Positions 41,830 to 51,083 of a stretch of 64,000 nucleotides of DNA are shown piece after piece. How positions within the stretch are numbered: position 1 is the first letter of the stretch; every line of letters starts with the position of its first letter. Origin of the DNA: a virus (taxonomy: Duplodnaviria; Caudoviricetes); IMG/VR virus record IMGVR_UViG_3300037067_016777, positions 96,001 to 160,000 of that record, one strand, 5' to 3'. Under the pieces are notes generated by a model that saw only the letters and a list, made by a program, of their open reading frames with translations, made no database searches and had not been told where the DNA came from. The translations under genes and the position numbers were made by a program.

Positions 41830-42822
41830 CTATGCTACACCAAAATGGTGGTTTATTGAATGCATAATTCCAATATTGCCCTCGACTGCAGCAGAGAAGG
41901 CCGCATCCCAATATGGCGATAAAATTTTCCAGCTTAATGATTTCTCGATTCTTTGTCTATTGTCAGCGCCAACCTTTTGTCTTAAATCTTTATTTTCTAA
42001 TGAATATAGTTTCTTATTCATCTCTTCTACTACTGTTTTCTCTGGATTGACTGGAATGATCCAGTCTGGAGCTAAAATCATTCTTATCGAGCCAACGTCA
42101 GTGCTCACAACTGGAAGCCCACATGCACAAGCTTCTAGTACCACTCTAGGCATACACTCACTCAGGCTCGTCATAACTAGGACATTAATAGCATTGTAAA
42201 ATCGCAACATATGATCTAACGTTCTTTCTATAAAGAACTGCTTGCCATGCTGCGATTGTATTTCTACCTTGAAATCAAGTTGATCTAATAAATGCATTCT
42301 CTTAATATCATCTCGTCTACCAGCCCAACCGACAATTAAATTAGTGACATATCCATTACCCTTTTTTGATAATGACGGAATTGGTAGCCTCTCACCTGTA
42401 CATTTCCAATTCTTTTTTGTTTTCCATGTTGAAATTATTGGAACTTTTTTAATTGGCTTAAAAAATTCTGTATCTATGCCTTCTGGAAGGAATATCGTTG
42501 GACATGAATAGTGCGATTTACAAAAATCGAACGTTTGTGGAGAAATACCGACTGCGAGATCTAGATATGGGTATGGTTGTAAGTTTAATGTTGGCCCAGC
42601 GTGTCCCCCGATAACCTTTACTCCTGCGCGTTTAGCTTTTAAACACAATTCGAGCGCTTCAGGAGATATATCTGGCCCATGAATGTAGATCGCATCAAGA
42701 CCTTCTAATTTACATTCATTGTGCCGATAAATTGTGATCTGGTGTTTTGAGTATCTCTGTTGTTCTTTATCTAGGAAATAATATGCCCATCCAAACTGAT
42801 CAACAATTTTAGCTATTCTCAT
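41830..42822 (-). CDS. GT4 glycosyltransferase
   Basis: GIDTEFF and SECMPRVVLEACACGLPVVSTDVG. Confidence 0.85.
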   Translation of the reverse strand: MRIAKIVDQFGWAYYFLDKEQQRYSKHQITIYRHNECKLEGLDAIYIHGPDISPEALELCLKAKRAGVKVIGGHAGPTLNLQPYPYLDLAVGISPQTFDFCKSHYSCPTIFLPEGIDTEFFKPIKKVPIISTWKTKKNWKCTGERLPIPSLSKKGNGYVTNLIVGWAGRRDDIKRMHLLDQLDFKVEIQSQHGKQFFIERTLDHMLRFYNAINVLVMTSLSECMPRVVLEACACGLPVVSTDVGSIRMILAPDWIIPVNPEKTVVEEMNKKLYSLENKDLRQKVGADNRQRIEKSLSWKILSPYWDAAFSAAVEGNIGIMHSINHHFGVA

Positions 42823-42867
42823 TAAATTAATTTTTGGATTTAGTACTTATCTAGTTACATCTATGTA

Positions 42868-43260
42868 CTAAAAAGAGATTGGTACTCTTAGTTCTTCTGG
42901 TAAATTGTCGCCTTCGCAATGCTCTGGATGCTCATTGAGATGATGCCAGCGACAAAGAACAATAAGATCTTCTTTCTTTTCACACCAAAGCCTAGTGTAA
43001 CGTAAATGGTGAACTTCTAAATCATGTTTTTCATCGCATCGTTGACATTTATGATTTGCATTACGCAGCGCTTGCCTGCGTCTGCACTTCCACCATTTTG
43101 TTTTTAGATATTCATTATATGGTAATTTTGGGTAGCATTTACCATTAATTGTTAATATTATTTTATGCCTTTTTGTCTGCCGAGTCTTCTCTCGTCTCTC
43201 TCGTTTTGCTCGCTTGCGTAAAATCTCAATGCGTTCATCTTCAGTAAGTTTAGTTGGCAT
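42868..43260 (-). CDS. HNH endonuclease
   Basis: YL...WW..RR, CQRC, LEVHH.RY and LIVLCRWHH..EH. Confidence 0.85.
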   Translation of the reverse strand: MPTKLTEDERIEILRKRAKRERREKTRQTKRHKIILTINGKCYPKLPYNEYLKTKWWKCRRRQALRNANHKCQRCDEKHDLEVHHLRYTRLWCEKKEDLIVLCRWHHLNEHPEHCEGDNLPEELRVPISF

Positions 43261-43660
43261 GATGATCTAGATCAGGACCCTTTTCCCGGCAGGGATAGTG
43301 GCCAAACCTTAAAACAAACGCTCTTTTATCAGTACTCAATGACGTTAAAGTTGGAGTTCATGGAAGCCTTTTTATCCCCGCACGGCCCAGGTCATAGGGT
43401 TGGAGGTTGCCTGGAGTTTTTTAATGGCTTCTTACACTACCGCTGCGGCATCCTGTTCCGGTTCGTGCCGGTGCCGCTTTCCCGTCGCCAATCTGGTTGA
43501 AAGCATCATGGCTTGTACTTTTGACGCCTCATGACTCAACGCTCGGCTCGACTTTAACGAGAACCACGATGATTAGGTTCTATCACAGATCATTCTTGAT
43601 AAAAGCACGCGTGACAACTAAACTGCCAATTTATATTGTCACTAAGCAAGAAAGAACACG

Positions 43661-43793
43661 CTGAGATTGTCTATCATCCCCAGTGTGTTCAAAAGTCCAC
43701 ACTGAGATTGTCTATCATCCCCAGTGTGTTCAAAAGTCCACACTGAGATTGTCTATCATCCCCAGTGTGTTCAAAAGTCCACACTGGGGATGA
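43661..43793. repeat. Three perfect 41-bp tandem repeats ending in a 14-bp inverted repeat
   Basis: CTGAGATTGTCTATCATCCCCAGTGTGTTCAAAAGTCCACA at 43661, 43702 and 43743; TCATCCCCAGTGTG (43756) pairs with CACACTGGGGATGA (43780). Confidence 0.9.
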
Positions 43794-44310
43794 CTGCGAC
43801 AGCTTTGAGATTAGGCTCGACAGATCTAACCGGTCAGTCTTTAGACATCAACGGCTGCGATCACTGTGTGAGATTTTGGATTTTTGGGATTAGGTGCTGC
43901 TTGACTTTTGACGTTTGTGACGGTAAATCTAACCGTAAAGACGGCTGCGATCATGTGTGTCTATTTGTCGTTAGTCGAAATTGAAATACATCTATCTACT
44001 CATTGAGATTGATCTCTGATTTATGTCAAGTGTTTAAAATCCGATCCTAGTACGGTTCTTATTGGTATGATGGCTTTTGTAATTTATCAATATCAACCAG
44101 CAATAGGTGGTCAGACTGCCAGTTATAAATCCAATTATGCCTTGAATGTATACTAGTGAGAAGTTAATTACCAGACTGCAAAGTAGACATAAAGATATAT
44201 ATAGTAACAGCTTTACCACTTCCTCTTCTGTAATTCGGCTGTGCATAGTATTCAAATACGCCATATGGAACGCTTGGGATATATCTAGGCTTGAGATGTA
44301 TTTTAATATT

Positions 44311-44736
44311 ATGCAAATAAAATTCCAGAAATTAGTCGATCGTGCCATAATCCCAACAAAGGCTACACCATTCGCTGCTGGGTTTGATATCGCTAGTATT
44401 GACACCTATGAAATCTGCCCTGGCGAATCCCATATCTTCCCTACTGGTTTAGCTGCCAGCATTGAAGAGGGATATTGTGTCGTCTTATTTGATCGGTCTG
44501 GGATGGGTGCGAAGAAGAACATGCATCGGCTTGCTGGTGTAATCGATAGTGATTATCGAGGGGAGTGGTTGATCTGTCTTGTGAATCTCAGCCGTGATAC
44601 TTATGTTATTCACGAAGGCGATAATATAATTCAGGGATTGGTAATTCCAGTACCCCAATTATCTATCGTCGAGGTGAATAATCTTGACGAGACGGATCGT
44701 GGTAATAAAGGTTTTGGAAGCTCTGATAAGCGCTAG
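44311..44736 (+). CDS. dut: Trimeric dUTPase
   Basis: AAGFDI, RSG, GVIDSDYRGE, IIQ and RGNKGFGSS. Confidence 0.92.
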   Translation: MQIKFQKLVDRAIIPTKATPFAAGFDIASIDTYEICPGESHIFPTGLAASIEEGYCVVLFDRSGMGAKKNMHRLAGVIDSDYRGEWLICLVNLSRDTYVIHEGDNIIQGLVIPVPQLSIVEVNNLDETDRGNKGFGSSDKR

Positions 44737-44779
44737 TTGAATAGTATCTGTCCCATAACTTACTTAAGGAATTTCAATT

Positions 44780-45256
44780 ATGAAGAGATTCGTAGGTGTC
44801 ATGTGTTTATTGATTATTTTCGTTTCAGTGAACACAGCGTTTGCACGTGGGCGTGGTGGGCGTCGGCAATCTAGTGGTGGAGGACAAACCTCTGCCTCTC
44901 AAAACGCAACAGTGGATAAGGCACCCACCTATGAAGTTGAGCATCGACTTCTCAACGCCATCAATGCTATTCGAGAGAAATATGGGTTGAAGGCTCTTAT
45001 ATTAGATGTACAATTACACCGCACTGCCCGCCAACACTGTGGATGGATGGCAAATGCTCACAATATGGTCCATTCTACTTTCCCATATGCTGAGAATATT
45101 GCCATGGGCCAACCCGATGTTGACGACGTTATGAATGCTTGGATGAACAGTAGTGGACATCGTGCTAATATCCTAAATCCAAGCCATACCAAAGTTGGGT
45201 TATCTGGATATTACTCTCCAAGTGGGAGTCCGTTTTGGTGCCAACAGTTCGAATAA
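44780..45256 (+). CDS. Secreted CAP/SCP-domain protein
   Basis: Signal peptide; IN..R, H...MA, AENIA.G and WMNSSGHRANIL. Confidence 0.88.
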   Translation: MKRFVGVMCLLIIFVSVNTAFARGRGGRRQSSGGGQTSASQNATVDKAPTYEVEHRLLNAINAIREKYGLKALILDVQLHRTARQHCGWMANAHNMVHSTFPYAENIAMGQPDVDDVMNAWMNSSGHRANILNPSHTKVGLSGYYSPSGSPFWCQQFE

Positions 45257-45359
45257 AGCACTCCCTAGATGGGTGGTTCAGATGAAGCTTAAATTACCGC
45301 CCATTGGATTTTACTACAATCGTTCACTCGCAGTTTCAGAAGAAATACGAAAGGAAATC

Positions 45360-45629
45360 ATGGCTAAAATTGAATTGGATATGGGTGTCGAAGCACGCGA
45401 TCGCGTTACTGGACTCAAGGGAATTATTACCGGGAAGACGATCTACATCAACGGTTGTGTTCAATGGCTTTTGAAGCCCCCTGTTGATAAGGACGGCAAG
45501 CTCGTTGATGGTTGTTGGATTGATACAATTCAACTAGAAGTAACAGGTCCAGGTATTTCAATCGAGACACCAGAGGTTACTCCGGGTGGCCCCAGGGTGG
45601 ACGCACCACCAACGGCTTATCGCAGTTAA
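45360..45629 (+). CDS. Small phage hypothetical protein
   Basis: RDRVTGLKGIITG...YINGC; AGGA RBS. Confidence 0.6.
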   Translation: MAKIELDMGVEARDRVTGLKGIITGKTIYINGCVQWLLKPPVDKDGKLVDGCWIDTIQLEVTGPGISIETPEVTPGGPRVDAPPTAYRS

Positions 45630-45668
45630 CGAAAACACCAAAACTATCAGACTAATAGGAGAATTGAA

Positions 45669-46406
45669 ATGGCAAAGCTGCATCAGATTGTGGCGTTGGT
45701 GAAATCGAAGAAGGCACAAGCGGAATCGGGCCTAACGAAATTGTATCATCTTCTCCAGAAGACCGACCTGCTCGGCGGCATTGCGAGGAACTATCGCCCC
45801 GTCAATGACGAGGATACCGACAAGTTGCCGTCCGAATCCAAGCGGGTTCAGCTGCGCATCCCTGAGGCCATCGAACAGGCGAAGGATGTTCTTGGTCCGA
45901 TGATTGACCTCGTTGCCACTCAGGATGTTGCGAACACGCAGGCTTTCGCCGATATCGTTATCGACGGCACTGTCATCGTCGCACATGTTCCGGCAACACA
46001 TCTGTTGTTCCTTGAACACCGACTTGAAGATCTGTCTACTTTCGTCAGCAAGCTTCCGACTCTTGATCCGTCCGAGGTTTGGCGTCTCGACGACCAAGAG
46101 GGCTGTTATGCGACGGAGCCGTCCGAAACAGTTCGGACGAAGAAGATTCCGCGCAACAATGTCAAGTATGACGCGACCGACAAGCATCCAGCACAGGTCG
46201 AGACATGGATGGAGGACGTTCCTGTTGGCCGCTGGATGACAACGAAGTTCTCCGGTGCGATTCCCGAGGCCGACCGGCGAGCAATGGTCGTCCGAATCCG
46301 CAAGATGCAAGACGCCGTTAAGACGGCGCGATGCGAAGCGAATTGCATCGACGTTCAGAACGTTTCGGTAGCTAAGGATTTCCTCGGCTACATCTTCGGC
46401 GATTAG
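45669..46406 (+). CDS. Helical/coiled-coil protein of unknown function, GC-rich, linked to the downstream ncRNA
   Basis: 245 aa; AGGAG RBS; visibly higher GC than its neighbours. Confidence 0.8.
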   Translation: MAKLHQIVALVKSKKAQAESGLTKLYHLLQKTDLLGGIARNYRPVNDEDTDKLPSESKRVQLRIPEAIEQAKDVLGPMIDLVATQDVANTQAFADIVIDGTVIVAHVPATHLLFLEHRLEDLSTFVSKLPTLDPSEVWRLDDQEGCYATEPSETVRTKKIPRNNVKYDATDKHPAQVETWMEDVPVGRWMTTKFSGAIPEADRRAMVVRIRKMQDAVKTARCEANCIDVQNVSVAKDFLGYIFGD

Positions 46407-46846
46407 ACGCATCAGAAGATCTATAAGATCGATGCGTTTGATTTATAGTTAGTACAGACTCAGACTTTTGTTCAGATTCAGAGACGGTTAACAGTCCAGG
46501 TTCGAATCCTGGTCCCCGCACTTACGAAGAAAACACGCGGGGGTAGCCCAACGGCAGAGGCAAAGCCGCCCATCAATTTCAGACTATTACTACAGACTTA
46601 GCATTACGTCGAGGACCAAATCGAAGTCTCCAGCCAAATTGACCCCGTGGATGCCTGTGCAACTCAGGTCGGCCGCTCTTGGGCAGATTAATTAAGCGGT
46701 CGTCGTACAATCGAAGTACACATGGGTATAAGACTTAGGCTGTAGATTAAATGGAGATAGTTGGTCTGTGAATTCGACGCGTAAATTGCTTGCAACAATT
46801 TCACACAGCCCCGGTGGACCGGATATGTCCACTGGGGCGCTTTTTT
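46406..46846 (+). ncRNA. Putative ncRNA with two circularly permuted tRNA-like domains (YrlA-like topology)
   Basis: T-arm, loop-closed acceptor stem and D-arm at 46485-46568 and again at 46644-46726; CAGACT repeats; ends at a terminator. Confidence 0.75.
46808..46846 (+). terminator. Rho-independent terminator
   Basis: GCCCCGGTGGAC-cggatat-GTCCACTGGGGC followed by gcTTTTTT. Confidence 0.8.
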
Positions 46847-46874
46847 ATCAGATAAAAATATCTAAGAGGTGTAA

Positions 46875-47174
46875 ATGAGTGAAAAAAGATGCCCTACTTG
46901 TGGGCTATTTTTAATAAAGGAGATTGTTGAATTATCTCCTGCTTATATGTGGGATTGCCCTAACTGTGGCCGTGAAAACTTTCAAAGATCTATAACCCTA
47001 GCAATGTCAGATGAAGATCGCTTTCACATGGGATTAGGTCCAGAGGAAAGTGGATGCTGGCAGAGTTATCCAGACACTGTGATATGCCGCTTTTGTGAGC
47101 AACAGTATAAAACTAAGCATGTAAATCGATCTCGTGAAGATAATGATGAGGGGGAAGAAGATGATTTAACGTAG
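46875..47174 (+). CDS. Small multi-Zn-ribbon protein
   Basis: CPTC, CPNC and CRFC; GAGG RBS. Confidence 0.6.
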   Translation: MSEKRCPTCGLFLIKEIVELSPAYMWDCPNCGRENFQRSITLAMSDEDRFHMGLGPEESGCWQSYPDTVICRFCEQQYKTKHVNRSREDNDEGEEDDLT

Positions 47175-47549
47175 GTGTGTAAAGACAATCACACCATACT
47201 CATCATCAGAAATAGAATAATAAACACGTCGAATGCCACGTAGTCTAATCATATTCTGACATTTGATACAAGGACAAGCATTACCAAGGGAATTATCGCT
47301 TAATATTCTAACGACAAAAATTTCCGACCCACGGTTTAGTTTTCTCACCAATCTGGCTTCAGCATGAGAGCATGCTCTGGCGTGTGGCTGGCGGCATATA
47401 ACATTATTGGCAGTAACAACAGTCCCATCATTTCTGATACCAACAGCACCAAGCCGATACATACGTTTAATACCGTTATCGCCCTTAGCAGCAATTGTTT
47501 TAGCAAGACGGAAATAACGTTCTACTTTCGACATAATATGTACTAGCAC
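47166..47549 (-). CDS. Cytidine/dCMP-deaminase-like protein
   Basis: LGAVG, HAE, CPCIKC and GIRRVYYS. Confidence 0.8.
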   Translation of the reverse strand: MLVHIMSKVERYFRLAKTIAAKGDNGIKRMYRLGAVGIRNDGTVVTANNVICRQPHARACSHAEARLVRKLNRGSEIFVVRILSDNSLGNACPCIKCQNMIRLRGIRRVYYSISDDEYGVIVFTHLR

Positions 47550-47604
47550 GAATCGCGGTAGAAGTTAACCAAGAAAATCTCTCTGACTATAACGGTATAG
47601 ATCT

Positions 47605-48153
47605 ATGATTCAATCAATAAGGTTTAAGACAGATTGGCGATGTTTCAAAGAAGGCGATCTATTTGAGTTTAATCCCAGCGTCAATCTATTGGTAGGCGAT
47701 CAAGGGACAGGGAAAAGTTCTCTTCTATCGTTGTTCCGGACGTCAATATACAACAAGCCGGATTTCAGGAAGTTAGTCGACCTCAAAAGTGATGGCGCGG
47801 TCGAACTGCGGTTATTCGACTTCGAACACGATAACCCAAGAACACGGGGATACGTCAAATTCGCGGCTGATGTATACATGCGTTATCAGTCGCACGGTAA
47901 CTGTGTTCTTGCTTTATTTGATGTTTTAGATGAGCAGGCCGATACACGGAAGTGTTTCGTGCTCGACGAACCAGATATGGCTTTGAGCGTCCGCTCGATA
48001 AATAAAATCACTGCGAAACTACAGGCAACGAACCATCAGGTTATCGCTGCCGTACATAATCCTTTTCTGATACGTGCTTTCTCGCAGGTTTTGTCTATCG
48101 AGCACAAGCGTTGGATGTCGTCCGAAGAGTTCATCACACTTCATATTCAATGA
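47605..48153 (+). CDS. Small ABC/AAA ATPase
   Basis: GDQGTGKSS, QSHG, VLDEPD and AVHN. Confidence 0.8.
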   Translation: MIQSIRFKTDWRCFKEGDLFEFNPSVNLLVGDQGTGKSSLLSLFRTSIYNKPDFRKLVDLKSDGAVELRLFDFEHDNPRTRGYVKFAADVYMRYQSHGNCVLALFDVLDEQADTRKCFVLDEPDMALSVRSINKITAKLQATNHQVIAAVHNPFLIRAFSQVLSIEHKRWMSSEEFITLHIQ

Positions 48154-48161
48154 GGATAAAC

Positions 48162-48806
48162 ATGAGTACGGTATTATTTATCAATTTTATTTGTATATGG
48201 ATTGCTATAGCCGCATTACAAATAAGGGTTTCTTTAGCGTCAAAACGATTGAATATGTATCTAAAAACGATACAGCTTATGTCTGACAGACTTAATACTC
48301 AATCTGACATACTCAAGATTCATTCTATGCGAATGGATATTCAATCTACACGTGTAGATTCTATTCAACATCCGATGCAACCGCCCAAAGATATCATATC
48401 TGGTTTCTCTAGTAATTATAGATTCCTGTCGAATTTCTTTCCGGTTACCATGGTCGTTGATGGTGTCGAATATCCGTCGCTTGAAAATGCATACCAGGCG
48501 GCGAAAACGACTGATCTACAAGAAAAGCTATCTTTCGTTTCGATGACAGCAGGGCAAGCTAAGCGGGCTGGTAGCAAAGTTACATTACGTCCGGATTGGT
48601 GTGATGTTCGTATCGGTATCATGGAAGAGTTGGTTCGTAAGAAATTTACGGAAAATCACGACTTAGCCGATGCACTGATGGCGACGGGCACTCTTGAATT
48701 GGTCGAAACTAATGACTGGGGAGACTGTTTCTGGGGTGTCTGCGAAGGAAAAGGCGACAATTGGCTTGGCAAGATATTGATGAAAGTACGGTCCGAACTA
48801 AAATAG
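48162..48806 (+). CDS. NADAR-family protein with an N-terminal hydrophobic helix
   Basis: FLSNF, YPS.ENAYQAAK, LRPDW, LVE.NDWGD.FWG and NWLGKILM.VR; GAGGA RBS before 48162. Confidence 0.85.
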   Translation: MSTVLFINFICIWIAIAALQIRVSLASKRLNMYLKTIQLMSDRLNTQSDILKIHSMRMDIQSTRVDSIQHPMQPPKDIISGFSSNYRFLSNFFPVTMVVDGVEYPSLENAYQAAKTTDLQEKLSFVSMTAGQAKRAGSKVTLRPDWCDVRIGIMEELVRKKFTENHDLADALMATGTLELVETNDWGDCFWGVCEGKGDNWLGKILMKVRSELK

Positions 48807-49453
48807 GTATGGGAATGATGAGTTTATCGAGCGACGACATCAATGAACTTTCCAAGATGATTTCTGAGGATGTTAATGAATCGCCACTCATAACAGTCCC
48901 AGGTTTCGGGCAGATGACAAAGCAGCAAGCTTTGCAGACCACCATTACTTATCTTCGTCAGATGACCGAGCAACTAGAGCAAGGTACAGCGATCCCGCCG
49001 CATTACTTCGATATGGCTAAAGATCACTACCAAGCTTTTCTTGGTGAATCTATCGCGCCTTAATTTTTGATTATTCTCTCAGCATAGCCAGTATGTATAT
49101 AACATATTGGTCTAGGAGAATGATTATGGCTGTCGATCTTGAATTGGCTAACCGCGTTGTTGTTTATCTAAATGAATTGGCCGAACTCGATAGACCATGT
49201 GTTGGGGCTCTAATCGCAAATAGAATCCCATGTAATGAAGCTCTTGCCGATCATCCTACATGTCAAGTTTCAGCACAGCATGGTGGTTGTCATGTAGGTC
49301 TATTAGGATTGCTCAATGGCCTATGTGGAAGCTATGATGATGGTCCTAGGAAGGGATGGGGAGCTATAGCGGCGGTGTTTGATGAAGCACCTAAAGGGCA
49401 GTATGCTTGTCTAAGGGAATTTAATATCGTCTTAAACGAAGAACAGAAGCAAA

Positions 49454-51055
49454 ATGAATAAAGCTAGATTTCACACAATAGATCAGCCTGAGTCAGATAC
49501 AACGACGTTCGTTTTGAGTTGTAATAGGCTTGATGTACTTAGAAAGACTTTGGCGTCATTTCTAGCGACACGAGACTACACCACCAAGATGGTGATAGTC
49601 GACGACAGTGCGGTCGAGGGTGTTTTTGAGAAGCTTGTTGAAGAATATGGCGTCTATTGTGATGTTATTTGTTTTCCGAGAAATCGTAGCCAATGGTGGG
49701 CTATGGATTTCATGGTCTCCTATTGTGATAGTGAGTACATTTTCTACCTTGAAGATGATTGGGAGTTTTTGAGGTCAGGTTATTTAAACGATTCAAAGAG
49801 AATTCTTAAAAAGTACAGAAACATCGGAACAATTGATATCTCTTGGAGAACGTTTGAATGGCAAGGAATTAAAGCCTACGACAAGCAACTAGTTACGTTC
49901 AAGGCAGATGATGGAGTTGATGTCTCATATTATAATAAGATCCCATGGACAATTACAGATTACCATTTGGCTTGGTATGGTTGGGTCGGTAGCCCGAATC
50001 TTAAGCGCCGCGATGATCTAATATGGCTAGGTCGTGTTGAGAAATGGCACAATGAGTGGAATATCGATAGAAAATTCTATGCAATGGGTTATAAGGCTGT
50101 TTTCCTCGGTGGTCAAGAGTATGTTAGACATCTTGGCGATAACTGTAGTGCGATAGCTGGTAGAAGGCCAGATGATTCTAAGACACCAGATGACTACGTT
50201 CCAAACGAACTAAAGCATGACAGAATTTATCCACAATTAAACTATCGTTGGCTTGATAAAGGTTACCGCCATCCGTATGATATTACTGTAGTATCAATGA
50301 TGGTTGATCTCAACAGGGGTGATAGAAGTTTTGAAGGTCATTATCTGGAAGGAATTAAAAAACTCCTAAACACACGTCATCGGTTAGTACTGCATTGCGA
50401 TGAGAAGTACTTTGAGCAGATGAGGCAATTAAGAGGCGGTCGCGAAATAACGCTAATACCATTCAATACGGCGATTATTGAACAATCTGATTTCTTTCAG
50501 GGCGTTCAAGATGTTATCTCAAAATATGGATGGCTTAATCAATCGGCTTGGATGAATAATAGCGTTATTGGATCTCGATATTATATTGCGATGACGCTTA
50601 TGAAGCAGCGTTTACTGAATGAAGCAACGCTAAATAGTAATAGTAGTTATTTCTATTGGGTAGACTCTGGGATGACTAACAGTTTTCATATTGAAGGTGA
50701 GTTAGATCAGTTCTATTTTACAAGAATACCAAAAGATAAATTTTTTCTAACATCATATCCATATTATACTAATACTGAAGTGCATGGTTATAATATGAAT
50801 GGGATGATCGAAAGATGTGCTAGAAATCCGAACTATGTCTGTCGTGCTACTTTATTTGGCGGGACGAAGGAACAAATACAACAACTTACGCCAATATTCT
50901 ATGATGAAGTAAGCTGGGCAATTAAGAATGGATATATGGGAACTGAAGAGGCATTTTATACAATATTGAGTGTTTTATATCCCGATTTGTTCAATAGAAT
51001 AGAAATGCCAAATGGCGATATCAAGAATTTTTTGGGTACATTGAGGCAATGCTAG
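49454..51055 (+). CDS. GT2 domain fused to an HtrL/WlaTC-like domain
   Basis: SCNR.D.L..TL.SF, YLEDDW; C-terminal FYWVDSG, LFGG and GTEE. Confidence 0.75.
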   Translation: MNKARFHTIDQPESDTTTFVLSCNRLDVLRKTLASFLATRDYTTKMVIVDDSAVEGVFEKLVEEYGVYCDVICFPRNRSQWWAMDFMVSYCDSEYIFYLEDDWEFLRSGYLNDSKRILKKYRNIGTIDISWRTFEWQGIKAYDKQLVTFKADDGVDVSYYNKIPWTITDYHLAWYGWVGSPNLKRRDDLIWLGRVEKWHNEWNIDRKFYAMGYKAVFLGGQEYVRHLGDNCSAIAGRRPDDSKTPDDYVPNELKHDRIYPQLNYRWLDKGYRHPYDITVVSMMVDLNRGDRSFEGHYLEGIKKLLNTRHRLVLHCDEKYFEQMRQLRGGREITLIPFNTAIIEQSDFFQGVQDVISKYGWLNQSAWMNNSVIGSRYYIAMTLMKQRLLNEATLNSNSSYFYWVDSGMTNSFHIEGELDQFYFTRIPKDKFFLTSYPYYTNTEVHGYNMNGMIERCARNPNYVCRATLFGGTKEQIQQLTPIFYDEVSWAIKNGYMGTEEAFYTILSVLYPDLFNRIEMPNGDIKNFLGTLRQC

Positions 51056-51083
51056 TATTTTAAAAAGGTTAAAGGAGCATATC

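Noticed and set aside
43661-43783. CRISPR array
   Set aside because: The 41-bp units are contiguous and identical, with no spacers, and no cas genes are present.
45732-46412. 226-aa antisense ORF and similar shadow ORFs (e.g. 22562-23062, 59090-59623, 16626-17051)
   Set aside because: They lie opposite well-supported genes and have no motifs or RBS.
46485-46726. Canonical tRNA genes or tmRNA
   Set aside because: The T-arm precedes the D-arm, there is no anticodon loop or CCA end, and no tag reading frame was recognised.
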